The notes under the pieces: generated by a model
Database searches by the model: none
Seen by the model: only the letters and a program-made list of their open reading frames with translations
What the model was told of the DNA's origin: nothing
Shown: positions 25,371 through 35,233 of the stretch, in pieces
How positions within the stretch are numbered: position 1 is the first letter of the stretch
Layout: each line of letters begins with the position of its first letter
Made by a program: the position numbers and the translations under genes
Assembly (NCBI GenBank): GCA_043228905.1
Contig: JBHGNT010000016.1
Span: 16,430,001 to 16,494,000, forward strand
Source: Azolla caroliniana
Taxonomy: Eukaryota; Plantae; Polypodiophyta
DNA: 64,000 nt
Direction of reading: 5' to 3'

Positions 25371-28210
25371 TGTCGCGTTGTTACGTGCGTGCGTGTAGAA
25401 GGGGCGGGACCACGGGGGTCTTGGACTAGGGAGTGGAGGAGGAAGAATAAGACCAAAAATGGAAGTTTAGCTCAAGACGAGGTGAGAAAGAATAAGACAA
25501 TAAAATAGAATAGATGGGCAAGATGCTCAACAAGTTAGGTTAAGGAAACATGAACCTTTACAATGGTGGCCGCCATGGCTGCACCAAACGACTATGAGAA
25601 AAACCCTAAAGGAAAACCCTAACCGAAACCCTAAAACCGAATAGGAAACCCTCGACCTAAGTGGTATGCCTCTCTCCCTCAAAATAGGCAACCCCTCATA
25701 AGTGACCCCTCCCTTCCTTTTATAGCCCAAGGAAGGGGGGACCTTACAATGTGGGATAAAATTCCCCTCTTCTTTCTACATACCATTTCCTAGTATACAT
25801 GTGCACATATTGCACACCATCGATTTGCCCATTCCACCCCGGTTTCACACTATAGCTGGAAATCTTCACCACATCCACCCCCACCAAACCGCACATCCAC
25901 TGGTATGTGCCAAGAAAGGAAAAGGGTGAGAGATTTCGGCGACGGTAATCAATCGAGTCTTTCGCCTTACCGGCACCCAACCGTCTTGCCGGTCCCTTGC
26001 CAGTCCCTTGCCGGCGTCGATCCGTCTTGCCGGCTCCTTACCGGCCCCGACCCGCCGGCTCCATCCGATCCACCATGTCCGGCGCACGCACCTTCTTCTT
26101 CGACCGGCCATCCCGAACACCGTTGCCGATCCGGTCTCCCTTCCTTCGCTCACCACGCATGTCCTCCGGTTAGACCCCCGATTACTTCGATTGCTCGCCG
26201 GGTGCCGCTCCTCGCGTATCACGTGTGTTCCACCTCCAGCTCGACCTTCTCCTTGCCCTGAACACCTCGTACCGACTCCCTTCGTTCTGCGCTCGGCTTC
26301 CGTAGGCACTTTCCGTGCGTCGTTGTCGTCCATCAAATGCGCGCTCGTGCTTTGGTCCTTACGTGACCCTGTTACGCACTCTTGGCTTCTCCCTCGCTCG
26401 TCGTGCTCTCTCACCGTAGAGCGTACCATCATCCCGACCACCATGTCAGTGTCCTTCGCGACTCCCGTCACCGCTTCATCCCGACTCTCGTCCTCTTGGC
26501 ACGCTTGGCCTGGCATGCCTTCCGGGACGCCACGCTTCCTCTTCCCGGCACGTAGCCCGTTGCTCTCCACGCACCTCCTCCGGTTCTCAAGACATAGCCT
26601 TCCATGTTCGCCGATTATCCGTTGATACCGGCACCTCACTGCTCCGTCTCTCGCCGCGTGCATTCCTCGCAAAGGCTCGTATGTCCTCCGGGTGCGCTCC
26701 CGAACTCTCTGATCGCACTCCGGATTCCGCCCTTTTCGTGCCGCGTATGTTCCTCCTCTGGTTTTATCGTCTCTGCATGCCGAACACCTCAACGTGTCGA
26801 CTCTTCCTGCTCCACGCTTGCCTTCCATAGGCTCTTCTCGTGCGCCGATGTTGTACCCCGAATATGCGCCCATTCTTTGGCCCTTAGGTGACCCCATTCC
26901 GCGTTCCTTGCCTCTCCTTTGCCCGTCGTGCTCTCTCGCCGTAGAGCGTACCGTCATCCCGACCTCCGTGTTGGTGTCCCTCGAGGCTCTCGTTACTGCC
27001 TCGCCTCGACTCTCGTCCTCTTGGCCCATTTGGCCTCGCATGCCTTCCGGGACGCCGCACTTCCTCTTCCCGGCTCGTAGCCTGTTGCTCTCCACGCACC
27101 TCCTCCGGTTCTCAAGACATAGCCTTCCATGCTCGCCGATCATCCTCGTGCTTGTCGTTCGGCCTTTACGCGGCCACATCGCATGTCTCGCACTCCGCTC
27201 CACTCTGCGTACCCTTTCGAAAAGGTACATTGCTTCCCCGACATCCGTGTCGGTGCTCTCGTCTTCGGTGTCCTCTGAAACCTTCGATGTTGCCGCTTCG
27301 CCTTCAGGTACACCCTCTTGGTCCGCCTGGCCTGCTCGGCCGCACACATCCTTTGGGATGCCCCGTTTGCTCTTCACGGTACGTGACCCTCCGTTCTCCA
27401 TGCATCCCCTCCGTTTTCCCAGACACAATCCTTCGTTCATGTCGATCACGCTCGTCTCGATTCGTCGATCTTGGCATCTTGTCGCACTGTCCGTCGTCCT
27501 GCACTTGCCTCTCGAAGGCTTCCTTCGACCGTCATCGTCGATCACTCGTTGCGGCTCCTTCGAATGCACGCTTGCTTCTTGGCCCTTCGCCGGCCGTAGT
27601 GCATGCTCCGTTTCACGCCGTAGTGCATACTTCGTATTACGCGCCTCATCCACCGTAGACCCGACCTCCGCGTTGGTCTCTTCGTCCTTCGTTGCCGTAG
27701 CCCATTCCGACTCGTGCTTGCCGTCTTGGCCCCGCTCGTCCATTATTTCATACCGGATATCTACACTGGTCTCCAACTCCACATCGGCCTCTAAGTCCTC
27801 ACCGCCACCCGCCATCTCTTCGGTCTAATGTTGATCCGCAACCGCCAAAGTCTCAAGAATAGGTGTGGAGGGTTTCCCTTGCTCTCCGTCTTCCGCCAAG
27901 CCGTAATCACCGTGCCCGGTTAGCCTCCTTCTCGCGCTCACCGGCTCCCACCGCGTGTTGTGGCTCGTACGCCTCGGCCTCCAATCATGCCGACTTAGCC
28001 TTCGCCCGGATCGGTCTCGGCCGATCGAGTTCCGGTTTGGTCGACTCCCTTCCGTAACCGTAACCGACCGTTACAGGTTTGTCCGCACCAATCCGGCCTT
28101 GCCGGCTCTTCTTCGGTTCAGGCCCGATTGACCAGACCCCGCTCCAATCTTCTTCCGCCTCGTTCCAGGCTCTGACCGGCTGTATTCCTTGCGCTTCGTG
28201 CGCGGGTCCT
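25371..28210 (-). mobile_element. Truncated gypsy-related element: LTR 25371-25873, PPT, and GC-rich repetitive interior with a 649-codon ORF
   Basis: PPT and U3 start (ggtgggggtgga|tgtggtgaagattt) plus ~60 bp upstream match the 3' junction of element 1077-8524; no pol motifs in the interior. Confidence 0.7.
25866..27815 (-). CDS. Long low-complexity ORF with internal repeats; coding status uncertain
   Basis: 649 codons without a stop; repeat IGEHGRLCLENRRRCVESN.LRAGKRK.GVPEGM; no recognisable domain. Confidence 0.3.
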   Translation of the reverse strand: MAGGGEDLEADVELETSVDIRYEIMDERGQDGKHESEWATATKDEETNAEVGSTVDEARNTKYALRRETEHALRPAKGQEASVHSKEPQRVIDDDGRRKPSRGKCRTTDSATRCQDRRIETSVIDMNEGLCLGKRRGCMENGGSRTVKSKRGIPKDVCGRAGQADQEGVPEGEAATSKVSEDTEDESTDTDVGEAMYLFERVRRVERSARHAMWPRKGRTTSTRMIGEHGRLCLENRRRCVESNRLRAGKRKCGVPEGMRGQMGQEDESRGEAVTRASRDTNTEVGMTVRSTAREHDGQRRGKERGMGSPKGQRMGAYSGYNIGAREEPMEGKRGAGRVDTLRCSACRDDKTRGGTYAARKGRNPECDQRVRERTRRTYEPLRGMHAARDGAVRCRYQRIIGEHGRLCLENRRRCVESNGLRAGKRKRGVPEGMPGQACQEDESRDEAVTGVAKDTDMVVGMMVRSTVREHDERGRSQECVTGSRKDQSTSAHLMDDNDARKVPTEAERRTKGVGTRCSGQGEGRAGGGTHVIREERHPASNRSNRGSNRRTCVVSEGRETGSATVFGMAGRRRRCVRRTWWIGWSRRVGAGKEPARRIDAGKGLARDRQDGWVPVRRKTRLITVAEISHPFPFLAHTSGCAVWWGWMW

Positions 28211-28513
28211 AACTACTATTGATAATCTATTATGTTGCTTTACGTTGTTTTTCTACTGTGTCATTCTCATGGGTGAAGAAGGTACAATGTTGAGGAGGTT
28301 GGCCAAGAAGATGGTTTGTGTAGAAGATAACGAGGAAAAAAACCAAGAAAAAGAAGTATGTTGAAGTGGTTTATCCTAAAAACTTCTCCACGAGTTTGGG
28401 TTCATCCAAAGCACTTTATTTTGGTAAACAAGTTTTGTAAGATAAAAGTAGTATATATAAAGGAAAATGTAAAACAAAAGATTACCACAAAAGTTCTTTT
28501 TCCTAAAAGAGAT

Positions 28514-31501
28514 TGTAAAAGTAAGTACGTGGAAGCTTATGACAAACCGGACAACAGCAGAAAGAACGAAGAAAGATGGAGACCTTGAAACACACACACA
28601 CACACAGACCTCGGGAGAGACAGAGAGAGTAGAACATAAACTCTATTCAAAATAATAATACTTTGTGCTATTTACAACGTGCTTCGACAACACTATTTAT
28701 ACAAGTCCTTAAAAGGATTGACAGAAGTACTACGTACTTCAATGATGATACGAGCGGTTGACTTACACTAACTACTAGGACAATGACTACCTAGTAGTCT
28801 AGAAGTGTAGGCCTCTACTAGCCTTCCGGTTCACACTTCAGTCCGACTCTCCGATCCGTCTCCTGGTTTTGGATATCATCCAGACACCGATCCACATATG
28901 ATCCGACTCAAGCTTATACAGCCAATTCGGATCCGGTTGAGTTTGTTCGCTCAACACTCCCCCTCAAGCTTAACTTCAGGTCGGATTGTGGTGTTCGTAT
29001 CTGTGGCAGCCAGTTCTTTCGTCCAGCTCCTTTTGGCGTCCTCCCGCCTCGCTCGCGTTCCTTGTTTGGTCCGATTCCTCCTTTTACGACCCGTCTGGTT
29101 CTGCGCTCCTTGACCTCCTTGGTTAGCTTGTTTGCTCAACAGGCCCATCTAAGCTCCTTTGTTGTTGTGACTCTGACGTCGACTTCATTGCTCGCAACAA
29201 AGACTCACATTATTAGAGGCAACGATACGATGAGACTAGCCTCAACCTCAACATGGACCAAACTTGCACACCACCTCCAATACAACTAGTAGCATCCCAT
29301 AATTGGGACAAGCTCGGGAATAACTTCATTCATGGGGCCCAAATGCCAACTCGAGAGAAGGCTAGAAGACTTGGAGTTGGCACTAGGAAGGTGAAAAGTA
29401 ACAATGGTGCAAAAAAAAAAGCAAATTTAACAAGATGCACCAACAATGCCCAAAGAAAATCGAAGACGGTGACGATATGATGGTGACAACTACAACTTGA
29501 CAATCAACATAGCTCAATGATGAAGATTGCAAGAAAGTGGTTTGGACCATACATTATGACAAATGCAAATGACAACACCACTTACGACCTCTCTAAACTC
29601 AACATCAAAAGACTAGTGGTTTCGATAGTAGGAGAACGAGTTAAGATCTTCAAGAAGTGGCAAAAAGATGAGTTGAACCTCAATGACTCAAGAAGATGAA
29701 CATAAAAGGAACAAAGGATTGAGACGCTCACAAACGAAATGGTAGTGCACCTCAATGTGCTTAGTCTGGGCATTAAAGACAGGGTTCTTTGCTACCTAGA
29801 TGTTGTTGAGGTTGTCACAGTAGATCGTTGTTGGATCGGACACCTCCTCCTGCAGATCCTAAACTGGCCCGTGTCAACCTTTCCGGATGAATAGTGACGA
29901 GTCCGATTTGGACGTCGCAAAGCCCATCCGATGCAATCGTTGTGTGATCTTCGCGTTCCAGGCACGTGGGGCTTGCTTTAGTCCGTAAAGGGACTTCTTC
30001 AATTGGCACACCACCGAAGTGTTCGTTCTGGAGTGAAATCCGGGGGGTTGTACCAAGTACACCTGTTCCTCAAGTTCACCTTGCAGGAACGCATTCTTTA
30101 CATCCATCTGATGTAAGTGCCACCCCTTTGCCGTAGCTACCACGATCAAAACATGGATGATCGTCATCTTCGCGACCGGCGCAAATGTCTCATCGTAGTT
30201 GATGTCGTGTTTCTGCACATAGCCTTTTGCTACTAATCGGGCCTTGTATCGGTTGACCGAGCTGTCAGTGTTGTACTTGACCTTGTACACCCACCTACAT
30301 CCGATCGGCTTCACACCTTTCGGTGCGTCAACTAGGTCCCAGGTTTCATTCTCCGCCAATGCGTGCATCTCTTCCTCCATTGTGGCACGCCAATTTGCAT
30401 CCTTCGCCGCTTTTGCGTAGCTCTCTAGCCCATGCATTTCCGCTACATGGGTCATGTACGCATAGTGATGTGCCATGTACTCGTTGTATCCGAACCACAC
30501 AACAGGGTTCTTCTAGTAGGTAGATCGGCGTAATTGCTCATTAGCCGATGTTGAGCCTTTCTTGACTCACGCGGACTTCGCTCTCAAAGGCCCGTCATCA
30601 CTTTGCTCGGAGTCAGATTCGCGTCGATCCGACTCACCCTTATTCGTGCCGTACTCCGGCATCTTCTTCTTCCCTTTTTCCTTGCGCGTAAGTTGTCTCC
30701 TCGGCTTTTTGCGCGGAGAATGCACGGACGAGTCTCCACTACTCGCCTGCTCTTCTTCGAACCGACTTAGTCTTCCATTCAGTCCACTTAACGGAAACGA
30801 GATCGGGCTCTCTTTGAGGGTCCTGATTTCACCCTCATCCGAAGGCACTTCAGCCTCGTTGGCCTCATCGTCAGAGCTCGGATTGGAGGTGAGGTCTAGA
30901 GTCGGAAGCAAATACCAGGACGTGGACTCGTCAAACACAACATCACGACTCACGTGAGCTTGTTTGGTTCAGGGGTTATAACACTTATAACCCTTCTGCT
31001 CGTCCGAATAGCCGACTAGGATACACTTCTCGGCCTTCGCGTCCAGCTTCCTCTATTTCTCCTTCCTCACATGCAGATACGCAATACTACCGAAAACTCT
31101 CAAGTGTCGTAGATTCGGCTTCCTTCCGAAATATAGCTCATGCACCGACACTTTGTCTCCGATCCGATTCTGGATGTACACCGCGGTTCGTACTACCTCG
31201 GCCCAATAGAACTTGGACAAGCTCTTTTCTTCAAGCATTGCCCGCGCCGCTTCCACAATCGACTGATTTTTCCTTTCAGCCATGCCGTTTTCCTCTGGCG
31301 TATATCTGCAACTGAATTCGCGTTGAAGTCCCATCTAATGCAGATACCCGTTGAATTCACCTAAAAAGTACTCTTTTCCGCCATCCGACTGCAGGCACTT
31401 GATCTTTCTTCATGTTTCCATTTCGACGAAACTCTTGAGGTCCCGGAAATAGTCGAAGACTTCACTCTTCTTCTCAATAAGGTAGATCCACTTGTGCTGT
31501 G
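28514..31501 (-). mobile_element. copia 3' LTR (~28514-28956), PPT and decayed IN-RT; contains a plus-strand gypsy integrase fragment (~29490-29700)
   Basis: YTPEENGMAERKN, YKARLVAKG, QMDVKNAFL, LKKSLYGLKQAPR; fragment WFGPYIMTNANDNTTY matches the integrase C-terminus near 7220. Confidence 0.85.
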
Positions 31502-32019
31502 TGTTAATCCTAGGGGTTGGACAATAACCTAACATAGGGTGTCCACTTAAGACACTTCTCTAAAGGGTGGTACGACAGAATGACTTACGACACAACGCTT
31601 AATTAGACCTTAATTGGTTACTTAGCAATCCATAATTAACACGCGTAAGATATAACAATGACTACAGAACGGTAATCAACACTGAGAGATTAAGACAATA
31701 AGCTCTATTAATTATCCGTTTCTGATTACATTATAACCGGGCCTTTATATAGGTCTCCGGTGCGAAATACAAAACGGTGCCAACTGGCACTTTTACGGGA
31801 TCGGTCCGGATCCGGATCGGCATATCGATTCCGGTCCGTCCGTCCACATCTTCTCATATATTAATATCTCTATTAAGATTACTAATTACAACAATTCCCG
31901 AATAAACTATTCCTTTTCACACTTTGATTTGGACCTCCTTAAGCCTTCTTGTTAGCCTGTAACACATGGCATGCCCGTGGGACAGTACCTTGTACGTCGA
32001 ACCCATTATCCGGCCCTTT

Positions 32020-34775
32020 TATGCTTCGTCCAAAATGTCCAGAATGCTTTGCTCCAAAATTTCCAATGGCTCGTCGGGAATCTGTTGTTGCTATTGTGGC
32101 TGCTGCTGCTATAGCTGTTGTTCCGTTGGGGCTGTTGCTACTATTCTGTTTGTGGTTGTGGGTGCTACTCCGTTTGTACCTTCTTCGTTTGGGGTTGCGG
32201 CTCCGTTTGTTGCGCTAGCATCGGCATTTCCTTTGTTGGTTCCTCCGTCGGAGTTGTATGTGGCTGACTAACCCTGGCCTGGTCCCTGTCTGGTCCTTGC
32301 ATCGGTGACGGTTCCTCATCACTAAGGTTGACCGTTGCCGCCTTTCTCGCTTTTTCTTCCCGCAGCCAGGACCGCTCATAGCTCCCAAACTGGATTTGAG
32401 CCTCCAGCCGATCGTCGTCCAGTTGAACTACGAGCTGCCGGACCTGTACCAGTTGTTCATCCGCCAAGGCTGTGAAATCTTCGGCCAACTCATCCCTTAT
32501 GGTGGTGAAGTCCTCCGAGGTCATCGTATAACAGTCGTCGCCCTCCTTTCGCCGGTTTTCCACGTCTGCCCTAAGCAATTGGAGTTCCGCCGTATTCTGC
32601 GCCCATTTCATCCACCAACGCACAGAGCTGTCGTCAATCAAGCTTTTGGTCTTAGTGAGCCATGACCGGAGGATGCATTGGATCCGTTCGGCTCCCATCT
32701 GTTATTTATTTTCTGTGGCTTGTCGCTCTTCCTTCAATTTCTTGATGATCCGAACCGTGTCCGCCTCCTACTCCCTATAATGCGACAATTGATTTTGATA
32801 GCTTGTTTGCAACCTTTGTAATACCATTGTCGCTCTTTCCTTGTCTTCATGGTTCTGTTTGTGGAGCTCCATCCGGTCATTCGCCGCTTCCTCCAATAGC
32901 CTGGAACTTTCCGCTCGTTTTTCGGCGAGTGCCGTTGTGGCCCTATCAACTTCTTGCCGGAGCTCGGCCATCCGTTCCTGCTGCTGCTTATACTCCGTCT
33001 CCAGCTGCTTGTAGTCCCGATGAAGATGATCGAAATCATCGGTCTTCTGCTTCAGCCTCTGATTGATCTGCCGGCGCGCGTGGTCCTCCCAGTCCTTCTG
33101 TTGACGGAGCTCTTCCTTCAGCCTCTCGATTTCCGTTTCCGCCATCCGTCGTAGCTTGTCTTTTTCCTGCAACAATTTCTCTTTTTCCTCCTTCAGTCGG
33201 TCGTAAGCATGACGTCCTTTACGCAGGTTTTCCTCTGCTCGGCGAAGGTTCTCAGTAGTCTTTTTTAATTGTTCTTCGGCCGCCTTCTTCAAGTCGCGTT
33301 CGTGGCACCGTAATGCTTCTTGTGCGGCGAGCTCATCTCGTAATTCCGCAAGCTCTTGGGCTTGCGCCGCATCTTTCTTTGGGACAGTTTGTGTCTCCGG
33401 GGTCTTATTCCTCTGTACATTAACCGGAGTCACCGGTGCTTGGATCTACGTTGCGGTTAAGGCCATTTTGGCCATATCTCCTGTGATCCGATCCAAGTCT
33501 TGTTCGAGGCACCAGATCCTTGACTGGGCCGTCTCCAGTTCATCGGTTGTGACAAGCAACCGTTCCGTTTGCGCTCTTTCCTCTGCCTCTATGCATCCGA
33601 CTACTCCGGCAATTTGTTCTCCTATCCATCGGAGCCATTGGCTGCCGGTGCACTGTTGTTGCGCTTGCACGGAGAGTTGGCTGATGGGTTCACTCGCCGG
33701 TGGCTGGTCCCGCTTTACTGCGTCGAGTTGCGCTTCTGGTTCTGCCAGCTGACTGTTTTGCCATTCCGGCTCTGAGTGTGTTTTGGCTAGTCGCCCTAAA
33801 CCCTACTCTTGAGTTACGGGGCTTGCTGGTGCTGCCTGTTGTGCAGGGACTTCTGTGACCGGTTTTCTCCGAACCGGTTCCGGTACCTCCCTTGGCGTGG
33901 GATGCTCAGCGTGAGTTGTGGGCGTTCCATCCTTCTGTGGGTCCAAATGCTTCCGGGCTGATTCAACGGTGCTCTTCACCGGCCGCCGCTGGAGGTGCTC
34001 CGTGGGTTCTTCCTCCATTTCTTCCGCCTGAGTCCCGGCATTCATTCTTGCCGCCAGGGTGTTCGTTTTCGGTTGCACCGGTCGGTGGAGTGGGCTCTTC
34101 AGGGGCCGTGCCGGTGTCTCCTCACTTGCATTCGTCGGCCGCTTTTGGCTGGCGCGCTCCTTTGCCGCCTTCTCTGCGTCGGCCGTCTTCCCCTTAGTGG
34201 CCTTGGAGGCCAATAGTTGTTGTCGTTTTGAAGCAGGTTTCGGGGTGCCATCCGTTGCTCTTCCCCGCTTCTTGGTTTGGACAGGCTCAACCGGTGGCGC
34301 CAACAGGGTGAGCCATTGTGTCACCGCATGCCATATTTTCCGGCCTTCCTTGCCGTCCATTCCTCTTACTATATCAATGGCCGTACACAGCCCGTCGGCG
34401 ATCAGCACCGACCAATCTACCTTGACCCCTTCGTACGTTGCGATGATCAAGCCTGCTCGGTTCTAAGGCATGACGGGGGGTCGAGGGTACACATGGCCGA
34501 ACTCATGGAGCACACGGGCAATTTCGCGGAATAGCATATCTTCACCGCCCTGTGTCTTGTAGCCCTTGTTGGCTAGAGAGTACGCACCGAAATATTTGAT
34601 GAATTGCTCGGAGGTAGGATTGTCGATCGTATAGATGCCTCGCTCCGGAAGGCCTATTAACGCACAGATCGCCTCCTCCATGATCACCTCTGTGTCGATT
34701 TCTTTTATAATCTTTTCGGCCTCCTTGTGTGGCCCCGCCTCCATGATCATTAAAAAACCCTCCAATCCATGCTGT
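32020..34775 (-). pseudogene. Extra 3' ORF (env-position), main part; its first codons lie at 46410-46458
   Basis: Removing the chromovirus rejoins MDCQTLSEAAKK*LR*HGLEGFLMIMEAG; then EEAICALIGLP, VDWSVLIADGL, a long coiled coil and a Trp-rich domain. Confidence 0.78.
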
Positions 34776-35233
34776 TGTTAGGAATAGTACTAAAGCAGAG
34801 ATGGAATTAGTACTAGAGAAGAGCAGTACTATTAGTACTAAGAGGACGGGACTGCGTAAGACTCCTGAGAGAGAGAGAAAGAGAGAAGCAAAAAGAGAGA
34901 TAGCGAGAATGAGAGAGAGAGAAGGATGATGACAACAGCTCTTATATTATATGAAAGATAAGTACAAATTGGCTAAGAGGCTTAAGACTGGTGTTGAACC
35001 AATTTGGTTCAACATAATGCCTAGTGCCTTCTTTTATAGTGTTGTCAAGAGTAATCCTGAAACTTCTAGAATGTTCCAGAGAAATCTGGAATATACATTA
35101 CTTTCTTATAATAAAACATAAATGAAAATAATATCCAAGGAATTACAATGGATGGTGTGATGGTTAAGAGCTCGACCCATATGCCATAAGGTTATGGGTT
35201 CGAGTCTTGCCATATCATGACACTATCTCCCCC

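Noticed and set aside
26008-27828. Long plus-strand ORFs (205 and 344 aa)
   Set aside because: Antisense shadows of a GC-rich repeat region with no domain signal
35150-35222. Functional tRNA genes in LTRs
   Set aside because: No convincing anticodon arm or full acceptor stem; reported only as tRNA-like promoter modules
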